Assembly: GCF_003214255.1 (NCBI RefSeq)
Contig: NZ_CP029011.1
Location: 90,001-122,000, forward strand
Length of the DNA stretch: 32,000 bases
Origin: Candidatus Karelsulcia muelleri
GTDB taxonomy: Bacteria; Bacteroidota; Bacteroidia; Flavobacteriales; Blattabacteriaceae
Direction: 5' to 3'
Part shown: positions 16,710 through 26,801 of the stretch, in pieces
Layout: every line of letters begins with the position of its first letter
Numbering within the stretch: the stretch's first letter is position 1
Notes under the pieces: model-generated
The model's input: the letters and a program-made list of their open reading frames with translations, nothing else
Told to the model about the DNA's origin: nothing
Database searches by the model: none
Made by a program: the position numbers and the translations under genes

Positions 16710-17798
16710 ACCTATTCTGCCAGAACCTATTACTTCATTATTTATATACCAAACTATAAATTGACCTGCATTAACAGCTAATTGTGGAATTTCAAATTCT
16801 ACATATATTTTATTTTTTTTTTTATATAAAGTAGCTTTTTGCAACTTTTGTCTATATCTAATTCTACATTTAACTTCTTTTTTAAAAAAATCATGATTTG
16901 GATTGATCCAATGAATATTTTTTTTTTTTATCAAAACAACTTTTGTATATAATCCTGGATGATTTTTTCCCATTCCTACATATAAAATATTATTTTTTAT
17001 ATCTTTTTCTATTACAAATAAAGGAAATTTATATCCCCCAATTTTTAATCCTTTTCTTTGACCTTTTGTAAAAAAATGAGCTCCTATATGTTTTCCTATA
17101 ATTTTTCCATCTTCTTTTTTATAATTTTTACTATTTTGATTAATTTCTATAATAGAACCTTCTTTTTTTTTTAATTTTAATTTTAAAAAATTAAATAATT
17201 TTATTTTTCCAATAAAACAAATTCCTTGAGAATCTTTTTTTTTAGCATTAATTAAATGATATTTACTAGCTATTTGTCTCACTTCTTTTTTAGTTAAATT
17301 TCCCAGTGGAAAAAGAGATTTTTTTATTTGATTTTGATTAAGTTTACATAAAAAATATGATTGATCTTTATTCTGATCAATACCAGATTTTATTTGATAA
17401 TAAATTTTTCCATTTTCAAAAATTTCTTTTTTTCTAACATAATGACCTGTTGCAATAAAATCTGATTTTAAATCAATTAATTTTTCTAAAAAGATTTTAA
17501 ATTTAATTTTCCTATTACAAAGTATATCAGGATTAGGGGTAAAACCTTTTCTATATTCTTTATAAATATATTTTATAATTTTTTTTTTATAGATTTTACT
17601 TATATCAATAATATAAAATGGAATTTTTAAAGTTTGAGAAACTAACATTGCGTCTATACTATCTTCTCTCCAAGTATTAATATTAGAATTAGAATATTTA
17701 AGATATATTCCAATGACCTCATAACCTTGTTTTTTTAATAACAAAGCTGCTACACTAGAATCTACACCACCAGACATTCCGACAATTACCCGTTTCAT
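16707..17798 (-). CDS. mnmA: tRNA-specific 2-thiouridylase
   Basis: PP-loop [25 protein letters not shown], and DSQGICFIG. Confidence 0.93.
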   Translation of the reverse strand: MKRVIVGMSGGVDSSVAALLLKKQGYEVIGIYLKYSNSNINTWREDSIDAMLVSQTLKIPFYIIDISKIYKKKIIKYIYKEYRKGFTPNPDILCNRKIKFKIFLEKLIDLKSDFIATGHYVRKKEIFENGKIYYQIKSGIDQNKDQSYFLCKLNQNQIKKSLFPLGNLTKKEVRQIASKYHLINAKKKDSQGICFIGKIKLFNFLKLKLKKKEGSIIEINQNSKNYKKEDGKIIGKHIGAHFFTKGQRKGLKIGGYKFPLFVIEKDIKNNILYVGMGKNHPGLYTKVVLIKKKNIHWINPNHDFFKKEVKCRIRYRQKLQKATLYKKKNKIYVEFEIPQLAVNAGQFIVWYINNEVIGSGRIG

Positions 17799-18880
17799 AT
17801 TTCTTTTCCTTTTTTAGGATTCGGAATAAAATTTTTTTCAAATTTAAATTTCTCAAAAATTTTTTTTTGGTCTTCATTTAATTGGTTAGGAGTCCATATC
17901 TTGATATGAATCAGGAAATCTCCTTTTCCATAACCTTCAATAGAAGGTAATCCTTTCCCTTTTAATCTAAGAATTTTTCCTGATTGGGTTCCTGCTTCGA
18001 TTTTTAATCGAACTTTTCCATCGACAGTAGGAACTTCTTCAAAAGTCCCTAATACTGCATCTGGAAAAGATATATATAAATCATAATGTAAATTTTTTCC
18101 TTCACGTTTGAATTTTTCATGATGAATTTCTTCAATAACTACTATAAGATCCCCAGAAATTCCATTTCCAAATGGAGCCTCATTTCCTTTTCCTGATATT
18201 TTTAATTGTATACCTTCAGTAACTCCAGGAGTAATCTTAAGACTTATTAAGTCTTCTTCTTTTTTTAGACCTTTATTATTTGCTCCTTTAGGAAGTTTTT
18301 TAATTTTTTTTCCTAATCCATTGCAGAAATTACATGTAGTAGTTGTCTGCATTTTCCCTAGAATCGTATTGGTTACACGAGTAATTTTTCCTGTTCCATT
18401 ACAATTTTTACAAGAGAAAAATTCTCCACCTTTAGCAAATTTCATGCGTTTAACTTTAATTTTTTTTTCTACCCCCTTTAAAATTTCTTTTAAAGTTAAT
18501 TTTACTCTGATTCTTAGATCACTTCCTTTAAAAATTTTTTTTCTATTATAATTTCCAAATCCAAAGTCTGAAAAACTACCACTAAAAGCATCTCCAAATA
18601 AATCTCCAAAATTTTCAAAAATTTCTTCCATCTTCATTCCTTCCGAACCAGAATATCCGTAATGTCCAAATTGATCATAACGTTGTTTTTTTTCTGGATT
18701 ACTTAAGACATTATAAGCTTCAGCTGCTTCTTTAAATTTTTCTTCAGCTTTTTTTTTATTTTTATTTTGATTTTTATCTGGATGATATTTTATTGCTAAT
18801 TTTCTGTAAGCTTTTTTTATTTCCTCAGGAGAGGCTTGTTTGGATATACCTAATATTTCGTAATAATCTTTTTTTGTCAT
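17795..18880 (-). CDS. dnaJ: Co-chaperone DnaJ with only two CxxCxGxG zinc motifs
   Basis: J domain [27 protein letters not shown], a G/F-rich region, CKNCNGTG and CNFCNGLG, and the C-terminal [15 protein letters not shown] and GDFLIH. ATGA overlap with mnmA. Confidence 0.92.
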   Translation of the reverse strand: MTKKDYYEILGISKQASPEEIKKAYRKLAIKYHPDKNQNKNKKKAEEKFKEAAEAYNVLSNPEKKQRYDQFGHYGYSGSEGMKMEEIFENFGDLFGDAFSGSFSDFGFGNYNRKKIFKGSDLRIRVKLTLKEILKGVEKKIKVKRMKFAKGGEFFSCKNCNGTGKITRVTNTILGKMQTTTTCNFCNGLGKKIKKLPKGANNKGLKKEEDLISLKITPGVTEGIQLKISGKGNEAPFGNGISGDLIVVIEEIHHEKFKREGKNLHYDLYISFPDAVLGTFEEVPTVDGKVRLKIEAGTQSGKILRLKGKGLPSIEGYGKGDFLIHIKIWTPNQLNEDQKKIFEKFKFEKNFIPNPKKGKEI

Positions 18881-18893
18881 TTTTAATTGGTTT

Positions 18894-19088
18894 TTATGTT
18901 ACTAATTTTCTAATATTAAAAATATCCCCTTTTTTATGTTTCATTTTTATATGTAATAATTCCAACGTTTTATTGGCATTTTTTATTTTGAGACGTTTTT
19001 TATAATTTTCAAAATCTGCATTATTATTTTCTTCAATTCCTTTAATTTTTAATTTTTTGAATTCTTCTTTTAAATTTTCATCAATCAT
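18894..19088 (-). CDS. grpE: GrpE-derived 64-aa remnant ORF (possible pseudogene or miniaturised nucleotide exchange factor)
   Basis: It has the ADFENYKKR signature of the GrpE N-terminal helix and a C-terminal [11 protein letters not shown] resembling the GrpE C-terminal strand. It sits directly upstream of dnaJ. The locus is only about 227 nt. Confidence 0.55.
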   Translation of the reverse strand: MIDENLKEEFKKLKIKGIEENNNADFENYKKRLKIKNANKTLELLHIKMKHKKGDIFNIRKLVT

Positions 19089-19107
19089 AATTAATTTAAG
19101 TTTATAA

Positions 19108-20394
19108 ATGTTTATAATATTTTATAAACAACAATTATTATTTAATAAAAAAAAAATTACTTTATTTAAAAAAATTTTTTTTTATGAAAAAAATTGTTTT
19201 TTTTTAAATTTTTTTAAATATAAAATTAATAATTTATATAAAAAAAATATTTTTTTTTTAGAAAATATTTCGAATATTTCATTTTCAACTGCACGTTATT
19301 TTTTAATAAAATTTTTCAAAAAAGAAAAAAAAAAAATATTTAATTCAAATATTGAAATAATTTTTAAAACAAAAAAAAAACAAATGCATTTTTTAGCAAA
19401 AAAAATAATAATTCAATCTATTCAAAAATTAGCAACATCTTTTTCTATAGAAAATTCTATTTCTCTTTTGAATTTAGATTCATTAAAAATGAAAGGAAAA
19501 CTTATAGGAAAAAATGGAGAAAATCTTAGATTTTTAGAAAATTTAACTGGAGTAGAAATTATAATAGATGAAAATCCAGAATATATTTTATTATCTAGTT
19601 TTAATCCAATAAGAAGAGAAATAGCCAAATTGGCAATTGTTCAATTAATTTTCCATGGAAGAATAAATCCTTCACGAATAGAAGAAATGGTTTTTTATTC
19701 TGAAAAAAAAATTTTAAATAAAATATTTAAAATTGGAAAAAAAAGTCTAATTGAAATGGGAATAAGAATTATTCATCCAGAATTAATTAAAATGGTAGGT
19801 ACCATGAAATTTCGTTCTTCTTATGGACAAAATTTATTAGAACATTCTCGTGAAGTTGCTAATTTAGCTTCAATTTTGTCATCTGAAATTGGATTAAATG
19901 TAAAATTTGCTAAACGTGCAGGATTGTTACATGATATTGGAAAAGTTTCAGATATTGAATATGAACTTTCTCATGCATTATTAGGAATGAATTTAGCAAA
20001 AAAATTTGGAGAACATCCATATATTTGGAATTCTATTGGTTCTCATCATGATGAAATAGAAATGAAATCCTTCTTATCTCCTATAATTCAAATATCAGAT
20101 ACTATAAGTAGTTCTAGACCTGGAATTAGAAGAAAAAATTATGAATTTTTTTTAAAAAGATTAAATGAAATTGAAAATTTAGCAATGAATTTTAATGTAG
20201 TAAAAAAAGCTTTTGCACTTCAATCAGGCAAAGAATTACGTGTTATTGTTGAAAGTGAAAAAATAGATGAAAAAAAACTTTCACAATTATCTTGTGATTT
20301 ATTGAAAAAAATTAAAACTGAAATCAAGTTTCCAGGAGAACTAAAAATTACCATAATTAGAGAAAATAAAGTTATAAACTTAAATTTAACTTGA
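19108..20394 (+). CDS. rny: Ribonuclease Y (KH + HD domains); the N-terminal region is degenerate and the start is uncertain (19108 or ATG 19384)
   Basis: KH domain MKGKLIGKNGENLRFLENLTGVEIIID, MKFRSSYGQNLLEHSREVA, HD domain RAGLLHDIGK, and GSHHDEIEMKS. Confidence 0.88.
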   Translation: MFIIFYKQQLLFNKKKITLFKKIFFYEKNCFFLNFFKYKINNLYKKNIFFLENISNISFSTARYFLIKFFKKEKKKIFNSNIEIIFKTKKKQMHFLAKKIIIQSIQKLATSFSIENSISLLNLDSLKMKGKLIGKNGENLRFLENLTGVEIIIDENPEYILLSSFNPIRREIAKLAIVQLIFHGRINPSRIEEMVFYSEKKILNKIFKIGKKSLIEMGIRIIHPELIKMVGTMKFRSSYGQNLLEHSREVANLASILSSEIGLNVKFAKRAGLLHDIGKVSDIEYELSHALLGMNLAKKFGEHPYIWNSIGSHHDEIEMKSFLSPIIQISDTISSSRPGIRRKNYEFFLKRLNEIENLAMNFNVVKKAFALQSGKELRVIVESEKIDEKKLSQLSCDLLKKIKTEIKFPGELKITIIRENKVINLNLT

Positions 20395-20411
20395 AGAAAT
20401 TAAATAAAAAG

Positions 20412-21815
20412 ATGAATTTTTATGATGTTGTTATAATAGGATCTGGTCCTGGTGGATATATATCTGCAATACGTTGTTCACAATTAGGATTTAAAACTGC
20501 TATTATAGAAAAATATAATCAATTTGGAGGAACTTGTCTTAATGTAGGATGTATACCATCAAAAACACTTTTATATTCTGCGGAATTTTATCATAAAGCT
20601 AAAAATATGTTTTTTAAACATGGAATAACCTTTGAAAATCTTTTATTAGATTTTAATCAATTGATGAATAGAAAAAAAAATATTATTAACAACATTTGTA
20701 AAGGAATAAAATATCTTTTTTTTAAAAATAAAATAACCCCTTATTTAGGAACAGCTAGTTTTAAAGATAAAAATACTCTTTTGGTTTTAAACAATGAATC
20801 GAAAATAGAAAAAATAAATTTTACTTATGCTATAATAGCAACTGGCTCTAAACCAATGGAATTACCATTTGCCAAAATAGATGGAAAAAAAATATTGTCA
20901 TCTACAGAAATATTATCACTGAATTATATTCCAAAGAAATTAGCAATAATAGGAGGTGGTGTAATAGGGATTGAATTAGGATCATTATATAATAAATTAG
21001 GATCAGATGTAACAATAATTGAATATGAAAAAACTTTAATAAAGAAATTAGATTTTTCTTTAAGTAAAGAATTAAAAAATATTTTAAAAAAAGATGGAAT
21101 TAAATTTTATTTTTCAACAAAAGTTGAAAACATAGAAATAATTAAATCTAATGTTAAAATTTATGCCAATAAAAATAAAAATGAGAAAATAAATTTAATA
21201 TGTGATTGTTGTTTATTATCAATAGGAAGAATTCCATATACAAAAAATCTAGAATTAGAAAATATTGGAATAAAAAAAAATAATAAAGGGTTTATATTAG
21301 TAAATAAAAATTTACAAACCAATATAGAAAATATATATGCTATAGGTGATGTAATTGGAGGATTAATGTTAGCTCATAAAGCTGAAAAAGAAGGAATTTT
21401 GGTTTCAGAAAAAATTTATGGGTTAAAAAAGAAAATTAATTATAATTTAATTCCATCTGTAATTTATACAAATCCAGAAGTAGCAAGTGTAGGAAAAAGT
21501 GAAAAAGAATTAAAAAATATGAATATAAATTATAAAATAGGAAAATTTCCTATTAAAGCTTTAGGCCGGGCTATTTCAAGTGGAGAAATTAATGGATTTA
21601 TAAAAATTTTATCTAATGAATTAACAGATGAAATATTAGGAATTCATATGATAGGTCCTAGAGTTTCAGATCTAATAATTGAAGCTGTATTAGCAATGGA
21701 ATTAAAAGCATCATCTGATGATTTATCATTAATAACTTATGCTCATCCTACTTTTAGTGAAGCTGTTAAAGAAGCGGCATTAATGGCTAAAGGAAAGAAA
21801 CCGATTCATCTATAA
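20412..21815 (+). CDS. lpdA: Dihydrolipoyl dehydrogenase (E3)
   Basis: FAD-binding VVIIGSGPGGY, redox disulfide GGTCLNVGCIPSK, NAD-binding IIGGGVIGIELG, and C-terminal YAHPTFSEAVKEA. ATG at 20412 is preferred over TTG at 20391. Confidence 0.92.
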   Translation: MNFYDVVIIGSGPGGYISAIRCSQLGFKTAIIEKYNQFGGTCLNVGCIPSKTLLYSAEFYHKAKNMFFKHGITFENLLLDFNQLMNRKKNIINNICKGIKYLFFKNKITPYLGTASFKDKNTLLVLNNESKIEKINFTYAIIATGSKPMELPFAKIDGKKILSSTEILSLNYIPKKLAIIGGGVIGIELGSLYNKLGSDVTIIEYEKTLIKKLDFSLSKELKNILKKDGIKFYFSTKVENIEIIKSNVKIYANKNKNEKINLICDCCLLSIGRIPYTKNLELENIGIKKNNKGFILVNKNLQTNIENIYAIGDVIGGLMLAHKAEKEGILVSEKIYGLKKKINYNLIPSVIYTNPEVASVGKSEKELKNMNINYKIGKFPIKALGRAISSGEINGFIKILSNELTDEILGIHMIGPRVSDLIIEAVLAMELKASSDDLSLITYAHPTFSEAVKEAALMAKGKKPIHL

Positions 21816-21818
21816 AAA

Positions 21819-23165
21819 ATGATAAAATCTCCCCCTCAAGCTATAGATTTAGAAGAAGCAGTTTTAGGTGCATTGATGATTGATAAAAAAGTCTTTTCTA
21901 ATCTTATAGAGATAATAACTCCAGAAATTTTTTATAAAAATGAAAATCGTGAAATTTTTAAAGTGATACAAAAATTATTTAATAATTCTCAGCCTATAGA
22001 TTTATATACTGTTTCAAATCAATTAAAAAAAGAAGGCAAAATTAATTTTATAGGAGGAGATTATTATCTGATAAAACTGACTCAAAAAGTCATTTCTTCA
22101 GCTCATATAGAATATCATGCAAATATAATTAAACAAAAATTTATATTAAGACGATTAATTGAAATTTCTTCTTATATAATAAAAACTTCATATAAAGAAA
22201 CGACGGATGTAGTGGATCTTTTAAATTATGCAGAATCACAATTATTTAATATTAGTCAGAATAAATTTAATAAAAAATCTGAAAAAGCTCAAAATTTAAT
22301 TGATAATGCTTTATCAAATATAAAAAAAATCCAACTTAATAATGGATTAAGTGGAATTCCTTCAGGATTTAAATCGATTGATAATCTTACTGGAGGATGG
22401 CAAAAATCTGATTTAATCATTATTGCGGCTCGACCTGGAATGGGAAAAACCTCTTTTGCTCTTTCTATGACTAGAAATATTGTTATTAAATATAATATAC
22501 CTACAATGATTTTTTCTTTAGAAATGTCTTCCCTACAATTAATTACAAGATTAATTTATTCGGAAACAGAAATTTCTTCTGAAGAATTTAGAAAATCAGT
22601 TTTTTCTGATTTTGAATGGAAGAATATTTTGACTAAAATAAAAAAATTAAAAAATTCCCCTTTATTTATTGATGATACCCCCTCTTTATCTGTTTTTGAC
22701 TTAAGAGCTAAATGTAGACGTATGGTATCACAATATAAAATAGGAATAATAATTATAGATTATTTACAATTAATGACAGTAAGTAATAGGAATTTAAATA
22801 AACCTCTAAATAGAGAACAAGAAATTTCTCTGATTTCAAGAAGTTTAAAATCTATAGCAAAAGAATTAAATATACCTATAGTTGCTATTTCACAATTATC
22901 ACGTGCTGTAGAAATAAGAGGTGGGTATAAAAGACCTTTATTATCAGATTTAAGAGAATCTGGGGCTATAGAACAAGATGCAGATATTGTTTCATTTATT
23001 TATCGTCCGGATTATTATGGTTTTAATAATTGGGATGATGAGGAATCTTCTCCTTGTCAAGGAGAAGCAGAATTTATAATAGCTAAAAATAGAAATGGTG
23101 GATTATTTAATTTAAGACTTAATTTTAGAAGTAATAATGTGAAATTTACTGAGATAGAAAAATAA
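21819..23165 (+). CDS. dnaB: Replicative DNA helicase DnaB
   Basis: PPQAIDLEEAVLGALM, Walker A ARPGMGKTSFAL, IIIDYLQLM, ISQLSRAVE, and LRESGAIEQDAD. Confidence 0.95.
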   Translation: MIKSPPQAIDLEEAVLGALMIDKKVFSNLIEIITPEIFYKNENREIFKVIQKLFNNSQPIDLYTVSNQLKKEGKINFIGGDYYLIKLTQKVISSAHIEYHANIIKQKFILRRLIEISSYIIKTSYKETTDVVDLLNYAESQLFNISQNKFNKKSEKAQNLIDNALSNIKKIQLNNGLSGIPSGFKSIDNLTGGWQKSDLIIIAARPGMGKTSFALSMTRNIVIKYNIPTMIFSLEMSSLQLITRLIYSETEISSEEFRKSVFSDFEWKNILTKIKKLKNSPLFIDDTPSLSVFDLRAKCRRMVSQYKIGIIIIDYLQLMTVSNRNLNKPLNREQEISLISRSLKSIAKELNIPIVAISQLSRAVEIRGGYKRPLLSDLRESGAIEQDADIVSFIYRPDYYGFNNWDDEESSPCQGEAEFIIAKNRNGGLFNLRLNFRSNNVKFTEIEK

Positions 23166-23170
23166 AACAT

Positions 23171-24145
23171 ATGTATAAAATATGTAAAAAATCAGAATTT
23201 TTTTTATATAAATATTTATATGCTTCTTCTTTAGTGGAAGAAGAAGTTTCTTCTCCAAGAATTTGGAAGAATTATATAGAACAATATTCAGATTCAATTG
23301 AAACCGATAATTATGGAACCGTTATAGGAATAATAAATAAATATAATTCGTTTAAAATTGTAATTGAAGCTCATGTAGAGGCAAGACAATGGTATATAAA
23401 TTATATTTCAGATGATGGAATCATTTATGTTGCTTGTGTTGATAAGAAAATTGCACCTTCCAAACGTGTGAATATTCATACTAAAAATGGAATTATTGAT
23501 GGAGTTTTTTTTTATAAAATTTATGAAAAATTAGGAAATTTTTTTTTGATAGATATAGGGGCTTCTACTTTAAAAGAAGTAGAAAATTTGGGAATTAATG
23601 TAGGTTGTAGGGTTACTTCTCAATATGATTTTTTTATATTGAATAATAAATATTATGTAGGTAGTGCCCATAAAATTTGTGGATTTATTATAGCCGAAGT
23701 AATGAGATTAATAAAAAAAAATAATGTTTTATTACCATATGGGTTATATGTTATAAATACTGTAAGAAAAAAAGAGACTACCCCAGCTAATATAGTTATA
23801 AAAATTGATGTATGTAATGAGACTTATCCTTTGATGAGGAATAAAAAAATAAATGGAGAGATAAAATGCGGATTAGGACCAGTAATAAATTATTCTCCAT
23901 CAATAAACAATAATTTACGTGAAAAAATTATATTTATTGCTAATAAAAATAATTTATCATTTCAAAGACTGGTAAACAATCAAGATTATTTTTCGAGGGG
24001 AATTTATGCTTTAATCTCTATTCCAATTCGTTATAGGTATACAACAGTAGAAATGGCTATAAAAAAAGATATAGAAAATTGTATTAATATAATGTATGAA
24101 ACATTAAAAAATATAGATCCTTCCGAAAAGTTTAATTATTTTTAA
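23171..24145 (+). CDS. M42-family (YsdC/FrvX-like) aminopeptidase homolog with substituted metal/catalytic residues
   Basis: Colinear similarity to M42 peptidases: IVIEAHVEARQWYINYISDDG, KRVNIHTKNGIIDGV, LIDIGAS, GLGPVI, and IPIRYRYTTVEM. Confidence 0.5.
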   Translation: MYKICKKSEFFLYKYLYASSLVEEEVSSPRIWKNYIEQYSDSIETDNYGTVIGIINKYNSFKIVIEAHVEARQWYINYISDDGIIYVACVDKKIAPSKRVNIHTKNGIIDGVFFYKIYEKLGNFFLIDIGASTLKEVENLGINVGCRVTSQYDFFILNNKYYVGSAHKICGFIIAEVMRLIKKNNVLLPYGLYVINTVRKKETTPANIVIKIDVCNETYPLMRNKKINGEIKCGLGPVINYSPSINNNLREKIIFIANKNNLSFQRLVNNQDYFSRGIYALISIPIRYRYTTVEMAIKKDIENCINIMYETLKNIDPSEKFNYF

Positions 24146-24522
24146 ATTATTTTTTTTCTCTTAAGAGGATTTTCTTCTTTTCCTAGAAGGGCTTTATTGA
24201 TTTTCTCTATATATTCTAATGAATCATCTATATAAAAAGAGAGATTCGGCATTTTTTTAAAATGAAATCTTAAATTTTGAAATAAAATTTTTTTATAAAA
24301 TTTTGATTTTTTATTAATTTTTTTAATTAAAGAATATTGATTTTTTTTTGGAAAAAAACTTATAAAAATTTTTGCTAAACTAAAATCAGAATTGAGAATT
24401 ACTTGAGTAATGATTATAAAAATCCTATGAGGAGAATAGATTAATTTTCGATTAAATATTGAAGAGATTTCTTTTTTTATTAATATAGCAGCTCTTTTAT
24501 TTTTAAGACTAGATAAAAACAT
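24142..24522 (-). CDS. rbfA: Ribosome-binding factor A
   Basis: The size (126 aa) fits, as does the pattern R.A.LIKKEISSIF...ITQVILNSDFSLAKIFIS typical of RbfA. Confidence 0.75.
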   Translation of the reverse strand: MFLSSLKNKRAAILIKKEISSIFNRKLIYSPHRIFIIITQVILNSDFSLAKIFISFFPKKNQYSLIKKINKKSKFYKKILFQNLRFHFKKMPNLSFYIDDSLEYIEKINKALLGKEENPLKRKKII

Positions 24523-24605
24523 AAATTAAATTTAAGATTTTTATTTCTTTATAAAGTGAAAGAAGAAAATGTAGAACAAATATTAAAAAATGTATAAATT
24601 AAAAA

Positions 24606-25604
24606 ATGTATATTACTCCACAAAAGTTTAAAAAAAAAATTTTTTTTATAAGTAAAAATGCACAAAAACATATAGTTTTACCTGAAGGAGAGGAAGAACG
24701 TATTATTATAGCTGCATCAATTTTTATATATAATAAACTTGGAAAGTTAACTTTATTAGGTGATAAAAAAAAAATTAAAAAGAAAATTAAAAATTTAAAT
24801 TTATTTTGGGATGAAAAACAAATAAAAATTATAAATCCTAAAAATTCTATATATTTAAATGAATTTGCTGAAACTTTTTATGAATTAAGAAAAGAGAAAG
24901 GGATTAAATTTGAAGAAGCAAAAGTTCTTATTTCAGATTTTTCATATTTTGGAACTATGATGGTTTATAAAGGAATAACTGATGGAATGGTTTCAGGAGC
25001 AGTGAATACTACTGCTAAGACAGTTAGGCCAGCTTTACAGATAATAAAACCTAAAATAGGTATAAAAACTGTATCATCTATGTTTTTTATGTTATTACAA
25101 AAACGTGTAATAATATATTCAGATTGTGCTATTATTTCTACACCGACATCAGAACAATTAGCTGAGATAGCAATATGTTCAGCAGAAACTGCTAAATTAT
25201 TTGGAATAAAACCTAAAATTGCAATGTTATCATATTCATCTGGCAATTCTGGATTGGGAAAAGAAGTAGAGAAAGTTAGAAAAGCGACAGAGATTGTGAA
25301 ATACATTAATCCTAGTCTTAGAATAGATGGTCCGATTCAATATGATGCTGCAGTAGAGAAAAAAATTTGTAAAAACAAATTACCTAATTCCAAATTAGAA
25401 GGTAAAGCTAATATATTTATTTTTCCTGATCTGAATTCAGGTAATAATACTTACAAAGCAGTAAAACATGAAACTAAATCGATTTCGATTGGACCAATAT
25501 TGCAAGGATTAAAAAAACCTATTAATGATTTAAGCAGAGGATCTACTGTAAAAGATATATATAATACTATTATTATTACTTGTATACAAGCTCAGAAAAA
25601 ATGA
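24606..25604 (+). CDS. pta: Phosphate acetyltransferase
   Basis: DGMVSGAVNTTAKTVRPALQIIK, SDCAI, GPIQYDAA, and FIFPDLNSGNNTYKA. Confidence 0.9.
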   Translation: MYITPQKFKKKIFFISKNAQKHIVLPEGEEERIIIAASIFIYNKLGKLTLLGDKKKIKKKIKNLNLFWDEKQIKIINPKNSIYLNEFAETFYELRKEKGIKFEEAKVLISDFSYFGTMMVYKGITDGMVSGAVNTTAKTVRPALQIIKPKIGIKTVSSMFFMLLQKRVIIYSDCAIISTPTSEQLAEIAICSAETAKLFGIKPKIAMLSYSSGNSGLGKEVEKVRKATEIVKYINPSLRIDGPIQYDAAVEKKICKNKLPNSKLEGKANIFIFPDLNSGNNTYKAVKHETKSISIGPILQGLKKPINDLSRGSTVKDIYNTIIITCIQAQKK

Positions 25605-26797
25605 AATTATTAATATTAAATTTAGGAAGTTCTTCAATTAAATATCAATTATTAGAAAATAAGAAATTTTTGATAAAAGGATTAATAGAAAGAATTGGAA
25701 TGTCTGGAAGTAGAATAAAACAGATTGTTTTGAAAAAACAAATTTTAAAAAAAAGTATTTTAAATAAAAAAATAGAGAATCATTTTTTAGGGATAAAAAA
25801 AATGAAAAATTTATTATGTGATGAAAAGGTGATTCCAGAGGAAATATATGCTATAGGTCATAGAATAGTTCATGGAGGTTATTTTTTTAGGAAACCTACA
25901 ATAATTTCAGATAATGTAAAAAAAAAAATAAAAAAACTTTTTAAGATAGCTCCTATACATAATTATATTAATTATATGGGAATAAAGATTTCTGAAAAAA
26001 TTTTTAAAACTTCAATTCAAGTAGCAGTATTTGATACTGAATTCCATTCTACAATTCCTAAAAAATCTTATTTATATGCAATTCCAGATGAATTTTATTT
26101 AAAACATTATATTAGATCCTATGGCTTTCATGGAATTAGTCATAAATTTGTTTCCAAAACAGCTATACAGTATTTAAAAAATAAGAAAGTGAAATTAATT
26201 ACTATCCATCTAGGAAATGGATCAAGTGTAACAGCTATAAATTCTGGAAAATCTGTAGAAACGTCTATGGGATTTTCTCCAAATAGTGGATTAATAATGG
26301 GGACTAGATCTGGGGATATAGATAGTAATATTATTTTTCATGCTTTAAAAAAAGGGTTTAAAATAGATGAATTAATTGAAATTTTAAATAAAAAAAGTGG
26401 AATGTTGGCATTATCAGGTTATAGTGATATGAGAGATATAAAAAAAAAATATGAAAAAGGAGATAAAAAAGCAATATTAGCATATGAAATGTATGCTTAT
26501 AGAGTAAAAAAATATATAGGAATATCTATATCTGTAATGAATGGGGTAGATGCATTAATATTTACTGGAGGAATAGGAGAAAATGATATTTTAATGCGGA
26601 AACTGATTTGTAAAGATTTAGATTTTTTTGGAATAAAATTAGATAAGAAAAAAAATAATTTTAATTTTATTAATGAAAAGAAAAATGTCATTGAAATTCA
26701 AAAAAAAAAGAATAAAGTGAAAATTCTTGTTATTAAAACGAATGAAGAATTCCAAATATCAGAAGATATTTTATTTATTTTAAAAAAAAAGAATTAA
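25601..26797 (+). CDS. ackA: Acetate kinase
   Basis: LILNLGSSSIKYQL, GHRIVHGG, YGFHGISH, HLGNGSS, and FTGGIGEN. The ATG at 25601 overlaps the pta stop (ATGA). Confidence 0.92.
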   Translation: MKLLILNLGSSSIKYQLLENKKFLIKGLIERIGMSGSRIKQIVLKKQILKKSILNKKIENHFLGIKKMKNLLCDEKVIPEEIYAIGHRIVHGGYFFRKPTIISDNVKKKIKKLFKIAPIHNYINYMGIKISEKIFKTSIQVAVFDTEFHSTIPKKSYLYAIPDEFYLKHYIRSYGFHGISHKFVSKTAIQYLKNKKVKLITIHLGNGSSVTAINSGKSVETSMGFSPNSGLIMGTRSGDIDSNIIFHALKKGFKIDELIEILNKKSGMLALSGYSDMRDIKKKYEKGDKKAILAYEMYAYRVKKYIGISISVMNGVDALIFTGGIGENDILMRKLICKDLDFFGIKLDKKKNNFNFINEKKNVIEIQKKKNKVKILVIKTNEEFQISEDILFILKKKN

Positions 26798-26801
26798 TTA
26801 A

